A stretch of DNA of 64,000 nucleotides from Vicugna vicugna (Eukaryota): positions 248,001 to 312,000 of the forward strand of contig MU057796.1 in NCBI GenBank assembly GCA_013265495.1, given 5' to 3'. Position numbers and translations under genes: made by a program. Position 1 is the first letter of the stretch. The number at the start of each line of letters is the position of its first letter. The notes below the pieces were generated by a model. That model saw only the letters and a program-made list of their open reading frames with translations. It was not told the DNA's origin and did not search any database. This document shows, piece after piece, positions 1 through 12,143 of the stretch.

Positions 1-984
1 CTAACAATAATATTTACCAATAGTCTCTTCAAAGTGCTTTTCAAACACTAAATAATTACCCAATTAAGCCACTGCAAGATAAGCTGTTATTACTCCGGAT
101 TTAGAGAAAAGGACAGATAATTATTATTTTAACAGTTTCTGTGAAGAAGGACTCAATGTTTACCGAACACAACTGTGAGAACAGCCCACCCTTTTAGTGA
201 GTAGGGAACAGAAAAAAACAAAAGGTTGATTAGCTAAGTGAATTCAGGGGAAGACAGAGACCATTAAGAACTAAGAACCATGACCTGTGAAAACAGGATT
301 TAACATGCAGAGCAAAGACCAAAATAGGCAGAAAGCTATTTATGAATACTGCCAATATTCAATGTTGCAGACTGACAGTGGAGAATCTTTGGTCATGCCC
401 TGAACAACATAATTCATCACACCAGTGCTTGGGGCAGTCATGTCCAAGCAATTTATCATCATCATATCACTCGTCTGAGTAAGAGAGGGGGAGAACTTTG
501 ATTGTGAACCTCTAGGGAGAGTGGATTTATAGTCAACATCCCTAAGAAGGCAGCCTGGCTCTGCCCTAAGCAAAATGCTCCCTGCTTCACTTCTGTTTAA
601 GTCAGAGGAAAAGAAGGAACATGTGGCTTCCAGGACGTGGAGGGCAACATCTAGGTCTGATCCTCTTAGATCTGAAATAATGTAGCCAGGAAGTCATATT
701 TAAAGTGCTCTTTGAAGCTGCTTTAAAACATTTAGAAATTAGTCAATGGTAAGTATGAATGATTCATTTCAAGTGTCCCTTGGTGACAAAATAATATCTG
801 AAATGCATCCACTGATAGATCTAACTACATTGGGAAAGAACTATCCTTAACAATGAACCCATGAACATTCCTCTATATTGGAATACCTGGAAGGATACTG
901 AAAATTTTAAATATGTATATAAATAAATATATATACAGAGAAGAGGGGGGGATTATGTTTTTCAAAATGAAAACGAGAGCCTTA

Positions 985-1123
985 GGAGGGAGGGTGTAGC
1001 TCAGTGGTAGAGTGCATGTTTAGCAAGCATGAGGTCCTGGGCTCAATCCCCAGGACCTCCGTTAAAACATAAATTAACCTAATTACCTCCTCCTGCTGGA
1101 AAAAAAAAACCAAAACATATTTT
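985..1123 (+). mobile_element. tRNA-derived SINE, camelid Vic-1-like
   Basis: tRNA-like head GGGAGGGTGTAGCTCAGTGGTAGAG (A box) and GGGCTCAATCCC (B-box variant), then an A-rich tail. 15-bp TSD AAAA(C/T)GAGAGCCTTA at 970-984 and 1124-1138. Confidence 0.9.
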
Positions 1124-1432
1124 AAAATGAGAGCCTTAATTTTATCCCTTGTGGGCACTGAGCCTTTGTGTATTTTATACTTCAACACCGGCTGCCTGCC
1201 CTTTCAGAATGTAGTTAGACATCTAAATGCCATTTTTGCCACTTTTGATTAAAATCATAAAGCTGACTTGAGTGTCATGGAAACAAGTCCACCTGCTACC
1301 TCATCAACAGTAAGAGGAATGTTGGTCACAAGAGCAAGCTTTTTACAGCACCTTTGTGCTTAGGTTCCCAAGGTGTCTGGTAGACCAGAAGCCAGTAATC
1401 CCTGGAGGCATGCGGCTCAGACCTTACCTGAG

Positions 1433-1740
1433 TGTATTGGTCAGGACAGGCTAGGTTATGTTGCTTTAACAAACAAATCCCCAAATCACAGGGTCTAAAT
1501 ATAACAAAAGCTGATTTCTGGCTCACACTGTGTGTCCAGTGCAGAGTGACGGGGACTCTGCTGGTTGTTTTCATTCCATGACCCAAGCTCACAGAACAGC
1601 CACTACCTAGAAAATTGGTGGTCATTGTAGTGGAGGGAAAGAGAGTGGGACAAATCTCTCACTGGCTTTTAGAGAATCCGCCTGGAAGTGACACAGGTCA
1701 CTCCACCTATATTTCATAGCCTCATTGAAAGAGGGCAGAG
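1433..1740 (-). mobile_element. MaLR LTR fragment (MLT1K/J-like)
   Basis: Starts TGTATTGGTCAGGACAGGCTAGGTTATGTTGCTTTAACAAACAAATCCCCAAATC, the reverse complement of an MLT1 LTR 3' end. Also contains GGAAGTGACACAGGTCACTCCAC. Confidence 0.75.
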
Positions 1741-2584
1741 AAATGAAGGACACTTAGGACTCCCACGCCCAGCAGGCAGAGACATTTGTACCCAAGGAGA
1801 TAATGCTTTCATGAAGCAGGTCATCAGAACCACAGAGCCAGGTTAGGCCAGGTGACCAGGTGGGAGCAGGCCTTTTATTTTTCTTCTTTTTCCTTTAATT
1901 TATTTTTAAGTGCGAGAGAGATGTCTGTAAATGAGGAGGCTTTTTTTTTTTTTAAATGAAACTTATTTAAAGAAAAACATGAACCACTGAGAACAGAAGA
2001 ATGAGGCCACAAGTGTATGAAAAACATATTCAAGAACCATCTCAGACTCTCTTATGAGCAATGAAGTTCATAAGGCAGAACACAGCTTAAGGAATTCTTA
2101 GCAATGTTCCTGTGTGGTTCACTGGGGGTATTTAAGACATTTGAGAAGAAAGATTCTTCATATAGTAACACTTTAAAGCATATGGAAGCAAAAATGTACT
2201 TTCTGAGGTCAATAGCTCCTCCCATTCCATATAGCTCATTACTTTGTCTTCAAGCTTAAATCTGACAGCAAACCCTACAAACCTTACATAGGGGCTCTCT
2301 ACCTCCTGTAATCCCAGGGCTCTCCTGGCCAAGCCCCAGACCTAGAGGGCACTAAGTACACGGGCATAGACTTTCCAAGACTCTAAATATGATCTCCTGC
2401 TCTTTGCTCCTATCTGGGTCAAAATTTAACTATACACACTGCAAATTGTATTAAGTTGCATTTTTTCCCAGAAATTCTTTTCCCTTCAGCCATAGTCAAG
2501 GTATTTTTTACCCTTCATAGGGAAGGGGCAACTTGTCCAGCGAAACCTCTTTTTCCGTTAAGCCACCCCCAGAACACACACTGT

Positions 2585-3560
2585 CCTGATTCTCCTCCCC
2601 TCACTGGCCATCCTCCTTGCTGGATCCTCCTCCACCTCCCTCTAAAGGTTGGGTTCTTCAGGACTGAGTCAGGGTCCCTTCTCCATCTCTAGTCCCTCCC
2701 CAGGTACTCTTGCACATTCTCAACTTCATATATATCATGACTGAGTTCCAAATGCTTATCTGCAGCCCAGATTGCTCCTGGGAGCAACACTGTAATATAT
2801 CTAGCAGCCTATATAACATTCCCCCTGGACATCCCATAGACCTTGTGGCCAGCAGCCTCGACAGTGGCCTCCCACAACTCCAGTCCTCCAGTCCCCTTGT
2901 GTAGTTGGGTTGGTGTGATCAGTGGCATACAGCAGAAGGGATGGTGTGCCATTTCTGAGATCAGTTTCTAAAAAAGGGCAGTAGCTTCCATCTTGAGTTT
3001 CCTTTCTCCTCTGGAACATTTGCTCTGGGGAAGCCACATCATGAGTAACCCTGTGGAGAGGTCCATATGGTAAGGAACTGCAGTCTCTGGCCAACAGCCA
3101 GCTGAGGTCTGTCAACAGCCACATGAAAGAGCTAAGACGCAGATTCTACGAGTCAAGATCCTACAAGTCAAGATCCAGTCAAGACTTGAGACCACTGCCG
3201 CCTCGGTTCACAGCTTGACACGTGAACGACCCTGAGCCCAAACCACCCAAACCTCCCATACCCAAATTTCAGACCCACGGAAACTGAGATGATAAATGTC
3301 TGTTGTTTTAATCTGCTAAATTTTAGGATGCATTTTTAAAAATGTAGTGCCTCCTACTCCATTTTTCTTTGTCACAGCCCTCTGTTTACAACTTGTAGCT
3401 GTCTGTTAATTTGTCAGTTGGTTCCTTCTTTGTTTCCTCCAGCCCCTCTGCCTCCAACCACAATACACACTCCAAGAAGCTAGAGTCTTTATCGGTCCTG
3501 TTCTCTGTTGCAGCCCCAGTGCCTGTCCAGGTACACAGTACACATTTCTTGAATGAATAA
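2585..3560 (+). mobile_element. L2 LINE fragments (2585-2843 and ~3360-3560) interrupted by an LTR
   Basis: L2-typical TCCAAATGCTTATCTGCAGCCCAGATTGCTCC...CTGGACATCCCATAGAC, and a 3' end with CCCCAGTGCCTG...TTGAATGAATAA. Confidence 0.65.
2844..3335 (+). mobile_element. MaLR LTR (MLT1F/E/G-like) nested in L2
   Basis: TGTGG start, CCCTGTGGAGAGGTCCATATGGTAAGGAACTG, GGCCAACAGCCAGC, and 3' GATAAATGTCTGTTGTTTTAA. Confidence 0.8.
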
Positions 3561-3869
3561 CCTGACCCTTCCTGACCACCCTATAATTTCAACACCAAAT
3601 GCAACCAAAAATATCTCTAGATGGTAAAAGGAGAATCTTATTTTCACAAACCTACAGATTTTTGGAACCAGTAGAAGCTAGAGATCAATTACCTTTGTGT
3701 GTTTAGAAAAAAATAAGTAATGTGTACAAAGTCAAAGAGCTGAAACCAGAACTAGAATTAGGCTCTCCTCATGGGTCCTTTGAGTTCTTTAAACCAGCAA
3801 TCTGTCTTTCTGCTCTATCAGTGTGTCTTTATTCCTTGTTGGATATGGGGTACATTTGTGAGAAGAAAC

Positions 3870-4060
3870 TACGAGCGGATAAGGGCACAGGTTTTGGAGT
3901 TACACAGATTCCCCCCCACCGCCCCCAACTTGCCAGCAGAATGGCCTCACTCTTCTGTGCCTTAACTTTCTCCTCTGTAACATCAGAACACCTCACAGGG
4001 CTGTGGAGATGATTAAATTGATTAAATTAGAAGATACCGAGCTCAGAGAAGACCCCTGGT
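3870..4060 (+). mobile_element. MIR SINE fragment
   Basis: TCTGTGCCTTAACTTTCTCCTCTGTAA...CCTCACAGGGCTGTGGAGATGATTAAATTGA resembles the MIR core. Confidence 0.6.
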
Positions 4061-4738
4061 AATTAGCTTTTTCTAACTTTCAAAAAATATAGGCTTAGGC
4101 ATTCCTATTGTGATTCTAAGATCAAGGAATGGAAATAAAATGTATTTTACTATTTTATTCCAAAAATCTATGCTATATATATTTTAGTCACTTTTCTACT
4201 ATAAAGCAACATCTGGCCTCCACATATGAACATGTAGTTTCTTAAAGCATCACTCTGTGAATTTTGTATTCAAATGCTTCTTTTTAAAATTGAGTTGCTA
4301 TCTTGCTATCAACAGTGGGCATGTTGTCTGATCTCTTTTTCTTTGCCATGTGCACTGAGATTTCATTTTGAAGGGGTTGGTTATTTCTGAAATTACATCA
4401 GGCCTTCCAGATAGCTGCTGTACACCCCTACTGCCTAAAATAAAATATAACTGGCCAAGGAGGAGTCGTAAGTCTTAGGGCTCTTTTCTTACTGACTTCA
4501 TTCTGTATGACAATGAGTGTGAGGATCCTTTAGGATAGGCATTAAGTGCTTGTCGGTTTCCTCCACTGCAGAGGTGATTTAAGGATAACAAGACTCATGT
4601 GTCCACACAAGGAGAAAGTGCTCGTCTCTAAACGTCCCCCCATCCCAGGTGTGACTGCACCTGAGGCGTCTTCACAAATATCACAACATTGTGGCTGTAA
4701 ATACCATGATCATATCCACGCTCATGTATTTGAAATGT

Positions 4739-4934
4739 CTTTTTTTTAAAAATTGAAGTTTAGTTGATTTAACATGTTCTTAGTTTCCAGTGTGCAGCAT
4801 AGTGATTCAGTTACACATATATATGTCCTTTTTATATCTTTATCATTATGTTATTATAAGATATTGAATATCATTCCCTGTGCTAAACAGTACTACCCTG
4901 TTGTTCAACTATTTTATATATAGTAGTATCTGCA
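4739..4934 (-). mobile_element. 5'-truncated L1 3' UTR (artiodactyl type)
   Basis: Poly-T, then TTGAAGTTTAGTTGATTT...CAGCATAGTGATTCAGTTA...TTCCCTGTGCTA. Confidence 0.85.
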
Positions 4935-5049
4935 ATGAAATACCTTTATGCTAGAAGGACCATGACGGTAAAATAAAGGGGGAACGCTGAGGCCCAAGGC
5001 TTAGAGGTCTGATTTCAAAGCTTATTAAAGGAGAAAGAGCGTGGAATAG

Positions 5050-5750
5050 ACAACACCTCCTTCCCCGCCCCTATCCCAGCACAGCTGCCCAACGACGACC
5101 CAGGAGCATTTCTGTGGAGCAACCCTGAGCTCAAGCCATGCCGGGACCCTCTCTGAGCCTTGGGTTTCAAGCCAGGTTTGCAGGAATTTAGACTTCGGGG
5201 CAACCAGCCACCTCAAGCCCAGGCCCGCCTCCTAGGCCTCAACGCAGCCGCAAGATCACCGTCCTTGCAGCTTCCTTCAAGTCAGCAGCACGCCAAAGCC
5301 TTAGCGTCTGCTCCGAGACTCCTTCCCCAGGGCGGACCGGGGGCTCCCCGCGGGGTTGCACACGCCCAGCTCGGCAGCGACCCCACCCTTCCTACCGGGC
5401 CCACAGCTTCCGCGCCCGCTCCGGCTCCCAGGCGCCTTCCCTCCGCTCGCTGCGCGCCGCCTTCTCCCCGGGGACCCTCGGCAGGGCCAACTTCCTTTAA
5501 CGCGCCCCAGTCACCTCCCACTTCACCCCACCCCCACCCCCACCAGTGTGGCTCTCTCCCCGCCCNNNNNNNNNNNNNNNNNNNNNNNNNNNNNNNNNNN
5601 NNNNNNNNNNNNNNNNNNNNNNNNNNNNGCCCCGCCCGCCCCGCCCGCCCCGCCCGCCTCCAGGATGAGTTGGAGCTCCGAGCTCAGGCGGCGTGGCCTA
5701 TCCGGGGTAGGGGATCGTCAGGCTCAGCGGCTGGGCTGGGAGCCTACTTC
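5050..5750. promoter_or_regulatory. CpG-island promoter with CACCC and GC boxes; contains an assembly gap at 5566-5628
   Basis: Abrupt rise in GC and CpG density against an AT-rich, CpG-poor background. CACCC array at 5526-5544, CCGCCC array at 5629-5658, ETS-like ACTTCC near 5490. Confidence 0.9.
5396..5520 (-). other. Candidate non-coding first exon of a leftward gene (TSS position approximate)
   Basis: Lies directly downstream (minus sense) of the GC-box array and ends at the donor-like CCG|GTAGGA (intron GT at 5395-5394). No transcript evidence is available. Confidence 0.45.
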
Positions 5751-8522
5751 TGCTCACTTCTTCTTTCTGTTGTAGGTACCCCCCAAATACCATGGAAAGA
5801 GAAGTTTCACATCTCTCTCTACTTCGGCTGAGTCAAAAGGAGTAGGGGCTAGATCCCCTAGGGGGAAAGATCTGCATTTCCCCCAGATCCCAGGTCTCCC
5901 TGGAAATGCCTGGAACATGGAGGCTTTGGTATCTATTTTCGTCTCCTCCAAGCATCACATGTCAGAGGATGTGCACTGGCAGTTTGGTAGCACGAACACG
6001 ATTTGGATAACCATCGTGAATACAGACAGCTTTTGGTTCATTCCGTCACTGTTTCCTGTTCTTGGGCCTGAGGCTTCTCATTTTTAAAATTAGAGTCTAT
6101 ATTGTAAGCTCTTGAGCTGGCCCCGGGACTTCATGTGACAAATAGGCTCAGTGAATACCTGGGGGTCATCTACTAAACATAGTCCTAGAAGCAGCTGCCA
6201 CCGTAGAGAATTTAAGTATTACACTGTATTCAATTAGTTTTATCCTGAATTCTGAGAAACAGAAGATGAGTGCTCAGGTGGGAAGAACCATCAGGTGTCA
6301 TTTGAAAGGAAGACAAACATATAATGATAATAATAGAAGATGTTTCCTGACGGCACCTCTGCTAATCTAGATAATCTGTTGTCTTAATTTGTGGTACAAT
6401 CTACATGTGCTAGGATCAATTTCTCCTCCAATTACAGATCTCCAAAAACAGACTTGTCTCCAAAAACAGAAGTGCCTGTTGCAAGGCCAGGGCTAGTACC
6501 CAGTTTGGTGATGTCACAACACCCACCTTCTTAGGAGAGAGTGGGGCACTGGGATAGGATGCTAGGAAGTACATTAACATATTGAATTCAGAAAAGACAG
6601 GAGAAGAGAAAATAAGGGTCTTGGAGAGAGGAGTGTTTTGGAGTTTTTTTGGTGGGTAAGGGATAGACAGGGAGAAAATATTGGGAAAGCAATAGTCCTT
6701 AAAGATGGTGGCTGCTTAAATCCTAGGAACAGGGAAGGGGATGAAAATAGCTCCCAGTGGTGGGAGAGACAGGAATAAATATAGCGGTTTAGAACTCCAG
6801 AGGCATAAGTATTGGGTGAGTTGGATATTACTAGGAATGACTAGGGCTTATACTGAGATTGTATAATGAATAGATGGATTAAGGGAGGCTTCTAGAATGA
6901 TTTCAGTGCTTGCTACCACTTTGATTGCCTTTGTTGCAACCATGAAGCCATACAAATGTGTACCTGACAATAGTTTTTAAGGAGAAGCCTTAAAGTCCAT
7001 TATTTATAATGTTATGTATTTTACTAGTCCATGCTGCCAGACGAGAAATTATATCAAGATTCATGTTAAAAAATGACTTCAGTTTTTCTTTATGGAAGTT
7101 ACTAAGTTCTCCACTGCCTACATTATTTACACCCATTGTGCAAGATGTGTGATAGATTTCACACGCAGGCTCTTCTTTCTGTGGCTTTACACCTTAAAAA
7201 GACAGCATTAAAGAGAAACTACTAGATTTTATTTTGCTTTGAAAGTAGCTTCAAAGAAATTTCGAATTAAAATGTAGGTGTTTTATTTCAGGAACTTTCC
7301 TGAAGTGTTGTAAACACATGTGTTCAAACAAAGGGATAGAAATCCATGCAAATTAAATGTACAACAGTGAAAAAAGGCTTTGGTAGCTTATAGCATGTAA
7401 GCATAGACTGTAATTCCATTTCATGTCATTTGTGATTTAAGCACTACTGTTGGTTAAGCACCAAATGCCATCCTATTTAAAAATGATTAACATAACATGT
7501 TTCGGACCTGGCCCCAAAATTAGCCCTGATGATAAGCAGACAAGAACAGATGAAGGGGATCTTTTATGATGTTCTGCTATCAGAGATCATAATCTGACAT
7601 CAAGCCTTGTGCCCAACTTCATTTTCCAGCCTTTCTTCCTGGAAAAGCTTAACTTGGAGATATTTTTTGAAACCTGGAATATCAACGTACTGTTATCTGT
7701 CTATGATGAAATAGTTGAGTTAAAAATCATATTATTGAGGAACCAAAGGTTTCCAAATCAATCTCTCTGTCAAGGGTTTAGTTCAAATGCACTCTCCTTT
7801 CCACAGTACCTGCTTTTCATTTCCATAGTATCTTTGAATTTTGACAGTACCTGTACTCAGAAACACTACATTGGTGGAGAGAATAAAATCAAACCCAAAC
7901 ATCCAAAACCCCTCGCTGTTTGGATTAAACTTCTGGAAAGCACTCAGGTTTTCATCGCCCTAGTTAGTTGTTTTAAATATTTATGCAAAAATAGTCTATA
8001 GAAAAAATCTGGAGAAGACAAAATATAAAGTAATCCAGATAATTATCAGATGAGTGGCTGGGAAAAAGCACAGCTGATGGTATCAATTCATAAATGGTGT
8101 TGCTGTCAGGTCTTAATTGTTAGTTGGAAGTCAAAACTTCCAGTGCTACAGAAATTTTCTTGTCACGGTGTAATTTTTAGTCATAGTGTGATAAACTAGT
8201 CCCACCATTTCTAGAATATCTATCAGATATCAATGTCATAACAGAGATAGGACAGAGCTTTCAACACACATTCTTTTTTTTTTTATCAAAAACCTATTCT
8301 TTATACCTCCCAGAGAATACAACTATTCAATGTATTTTATTACTTTACTTAGAGGCAAACAAAAAATGAAATTAAAATTATTCTAGTTCTTTAAGAGCTA
8401 AATTGAAAACACACAACCCCCCAGTTCAGGGAACTTTTGAATGGGGACTATACTTTTACAAAGGAGTCATTGTAACCTGTAGAAGCCAGTCACAACTTTG
8501 TCTTCAAAAGATATTATGACTT

Positions 8523-9129
8523 TATAGCCACTGTAGAAAATGGTGGAGCAGTTCTTTAAAAAAGAGTGTTAGCAAATGATCCAGCAACTCCACTTCTGGG
8601 TGTAGATCTAAAAGAAGTAAAAACAAGGAACTAGACAGATACTTGTGCAGCTGTGTTTATAGCAGCATTTTTCACAATAGCCAAAAGGTGGAAACAACCC
8701 ACATGTCCATTGATGGATGAATGGACAAACAAAATATGGTCTGTACACATAATGGAATATTATTCAGCCTTAAAAAGGAATGAAATTCTACTAATGCTAC
8801 AACTTAGTTGAACCTTGAAGAAATTATGCTCAGTGAAGTAAGCCAGACACAAAAGGACAAATATTGCATGACTTCATTTACATGAGGTGCCTAGAGTCAT
8901 CCAGTTCTTAGAGACAGAAAGTAGAATAGTGGTTACCAGGGGCTGGGGGAAGGGAGAGTTAGTGTTTAAGGAGCAGAGTTTCAACGCGGAAAGATGACAA
9001 TATTGTGCAGCTAGAGAGTGGTGGTAGTTGCCCAACAATGTGGGTAGACTTAATGCCGCCAAACCATACACTTAAAAATGGTTAAAGTGGTAAATTTTAT
9101 GTTGTGAATATTTTACCACAATAAAAAAA
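8523..9129 (+). mobile_element. L1 3' end (L1MB-like)
   Basis: GATCCAGCAACTCCACTTCTGGGT, AGCCAAAAGGTGGAAACAACCC, AAGCCAGACACAAAAGGACAAATATTG; ends TTTTACCACAATAAAAAA. Confidence 0.9.
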
Positions 9130-9320
9130 GACTTGACTTTAGACAGCTATTTGTAAATAACTTGTAAAAGTTGAGATGAATTTAGAACACCTGTTACTAT
9201 CACTAGATTTGCTAGTATAGATAAAATGTCATTTTTTTTTATTATAACACCAATAATTTAAAACACTTCTAAAGTGATTTTCCCCCCCTGGCCTAGCTAT
9301 TTCTTTTGGTACTTGTGACT

Positions 9321-9730
9321 TGTGACGTGGTATTTGGTGGCTGGGTGGGCACTAAACCCATTTCCTCCTCCTCCTGGGCAAATCACTGCACTACATTTCC
9401 CAGGCTCCCTTGCAGTTAGGTGTGGTCCTCCCACTGAGCTGCAGCCCATAGGATTTGGGGAAAGTGACAAGTGCCTTCTAGAACTGGCCTTTCAAAAAGC
9501 CTCCCATCTGCCCCACAACCTCCACTCTTTCCCCATTCAGGAGCTGGATGAGAATTCCTAGAACCTGGATAACAGAGACAAAAGGGCAGTACTGAATGGC
9601 TGTGGGAAGCACAGCCCTCCTACCAACCTTAACTATGAGAAATTATGAGTGAATAATGTACTTTCATTGTCTTAAACCATGGAGATGTGAGGGTTTTTTG
9701 TTACAGCAGGTAGCCTACCCTGATTAATAG
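9321..9730 (+). mobile_element. MaLR LTR (MLT1J-like)
   Basis: CTACATTTCCCAGGCTCCCTTGCAGTTAGGTGTGGTC; 3' end TTGTTACAGCAGGTAGCCTACCCTGATTAATA. Confidence 0.75.
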
Positions 9731-10569
9731 AGTATTTGTCCTGGTAAGAGAATGAGGTGGTTCTGTTCGCAAATTGAAAACCACCCTCCTTTAGCTAGCC
9801 ATCAATAACTAGTATTGAATGGTTTCTGTGATGGCTTCCAAATCCTTAAGAGAATTATTTAAGTGATCGAGACAGCTATTCGCACGCAATAAGGGAACTG
9901 CGTGATTATTGCTCCCTAGTACTAAATATGATGTTGAGAGCTAAGTTAAAATGAAATGAAATCCAAAAAAAAAAAAAAAATCAGCAAGAGAGCTATTCAT
10001 TAACTTTAAGTCCAAGCATGTGTGTCTGTGAAGAGCACCAAATGGTAGTTTTCTCAGTGTTGAAAAACAAAACAATGTGGCCTTGAAGCAAACATTAAAA
10101 GGATGACTGGAATGTATAATTCAAACAACTTGACTTTTTTTCCTTTAAGTAAAATGGATAATTTCTATGTTTTCATTTCAGGATCTTTTAAAATTGTGTG
10201 TGTGTAGTTTTTTTTTTTTTTTTTTCCACGGAGTTAGTTTAAATCACTATTCAGAAACCTTGTTTAGATACTGGTTTTAAATATTTTGTGCTATGTAAGG
10301 AAGACAGCCTGTGCAACCTTAAGCTAAAGAACTCTTTCCTGTGAGTATTTGGCAAAATTGTGTCTTACGTAGTAAATATTGTTAAGTAACAATATCCCAG
10401 GGTATATAAAAACCATGTTGTAGCTAAAATAACCAAAGAGAAGAATTTGCTTCCATCTTCTAGCTAGAATAAAGGGGGGAATCAGGACCTTCTGATGGAA
10501 TGAATCTCCAGACAGAGGCAGCTCCATTCTCAGTGAACACAGGGAACCAGGTAGGACCACCCAATACCT

Positions 10570-10990
10570 TCAGAGGTCGCTCTGGAGTCTGAAAGACCTG
10601 ACTCCAAATCTGGGACCTCTTTATCTCCCTGAGCCATGATGTCCTCCTATAAAATGAGAACACTTACCCTCTGGCAGACTGCTGGTTGTCCTTAAGATCC
10701 ATTCACCTTTTCTTTCACACTAATAATTTATTGGGGTTCATGGCCACCCAATTAAGGATCACACTTCACTGCCTCTTTTGCAGCTAAGCATAGCCGTGTG
10801 ACTTAGCAGATTTGATTTGTGTCCCATCTCACTGGGAGAAAATGGGAGCTGAAGAAGCTGCCTTGGGACCAGAGATGGAGTTTAGGTATGGAGGTTGGCA
10901 GAGACCTTATATCTTCCTAGGGCTTGTGTGTGGATTAAGTGAGACTGCTATGTGAAAGTATCTCTTCTGAAGTCTTCAGAACAATACTGG
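10570..10990 (+). mobile_element. MIR interrupted by an MLT1-type LTR fragment (~10671-10905)
   Basis: MIR halves TCTGGAGTCTGAAAGACCTG...TAAAATGAG and GGATTAAGTGAGA flank GCCTCTTTTGCAGCTAAGCATAGCCGTGTGACT. Confidence 0.55.
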
Positions 10991-11064
10991 GAGGTATGCT
11001 AGACAGGAGGGGTAATTATGGTTGAAGTACAGAGAAAGTAGTGTTGTAGGTCAATTTATACATC

Positions 11065-11460
11065 AAGAACAAACAAATAAACCAACTCATAGAAAAAGAG
11101 ATCAGACTTGTGGTTACCAGAGGCAAGGGTTGGGGAGAGGAGGAATTGGATGAAGGCAGTCAAAAGGAATGAACTTCCAGTTGTAAGATAAATGTAATGT
11201 ACATCATGATAAACACAATTAACACAGCTGTGCTTTATATATGAATGTTGCTGAGAGTAAATCCTGATATTTATTTACAAGGAAAAAATATTTTTAAAAT
11301 TTCTTTAATTTTGTGTCTATATGAGATGATGGATATTCACTAAGCATTGTGATCATCATTTCATGATGAATGTAAGTCAAATCATATGCTGAACGCCTGA
11401 AACTTATACAATGCTGTATGTCAATTATATCTCAATAAAACTGGAGAAAAGAAAAAGAAA
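11065..11460 (+). mobile_element. L1 3' UTR (laurasiatherian, L1MA9-related)
   Basis: CTCATAGAAAAAGAGATCAGACTTGTGGTTACCAGAGGC...TGTCAATTATATCTCAATAAAACTGG followed by an A tail. Confidence 0.9.
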
Positions 11461-11719
11461 CAGCAAATAGAATGAATTAAATAGTGCGCTTTCAGGTAAG
11501 AGGGTAGGTGGTCCTCAGGGGGTGGTACGCTGAGACCACCCATGTGAGGAGCATCAGACAGAAGCCCAGGAACCAAAGGGTCAGGAGAAGGGATTTGAAA
11601 CCCAGGCTGGAGGCAGGAAAATCAAGTGTCCGAGCTTTGGGCGAGAAGCAGAGGAACACGAACGTAGAAAAGTGGCCAGTTTCATGGCCCTGGCAATAAT
11701 GCTGGAAATAATTTTAAGA

Positions 11720-11930
11720 ATAACTATCATTTATCAACAGTCTATGTGCCAGTCACTATTCTAATAGCACTTTTTAGGCGTTTTTAAGATTTTATATTTA
11801 CATAATCCCCGTTTTATGGAAGTAGAAACTGAGGCTCAGAGATGTGATATCTTTTTGCTCAAGGTCTCATAGCCAATAAGGGGCTAAGCTCAAAACTAGG
11901 ACTATCTGACTCCAAAACCCAAATGCTAAG
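11720..11930 (-). mobile_element. MIR SINE
   Basis: CCCCGTTTTATGGAAGTAGAAACTGAGGCTCAGAGA...CAAGGTCTCATAGC...TCTGACTCCAAAACCC. Confidence 0.8.
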
Positions 11931-12102
11931 AACTAACTACCCAGTAGTCCAAGTCAAGTGCTTTGCAAAGTCATAGCAAAATGATCAATATGTGTTCGTT
12001 GTTATTATCCAGACAAGGGAATATGTATCTGGAACAGATCAGCAGAAGCAGGAGTAGACGTGAGCTGGAGACCCTGTGAGGCCAGGCGCTCTGGATACGG
12101 TG

Positions 12103-12105
<3 letters not shown>

Positions 12106-12141
<36 letters not shown>
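12106..12141. repeat. (GT)18 microsatellite
   Basis: Perfect dinucleotide run read directly. Confidence 0.97.

Positions 12142-12143
<2 letters not shown>

Noticed and set aside
340..573. 77-aa minus ORF as an exon of the leftward gene
   Set aside because: No recognisable domain and no convincing donor; the length is within chance expectation.
985..1060. tRNA gene
   Set aside because: It has an unrelated tail, an A-rich end and TSDs, so it is a SINE head and not a tRNA.
5160..5831. 223-aa and 139-aa Pro/Ala-rich ORFs
   Set aside because: Artefacts of stop-poor GC-rich CpG-island sequence, and they read through an N gap.
6439..6470. Direct repeat TCTCCAAAAACAGA x2 (similar duplications at ~3150-3185 and ~26290-26345)
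   Set aside because: Local tandem micro-duplications inside decayed TEs, not an array.
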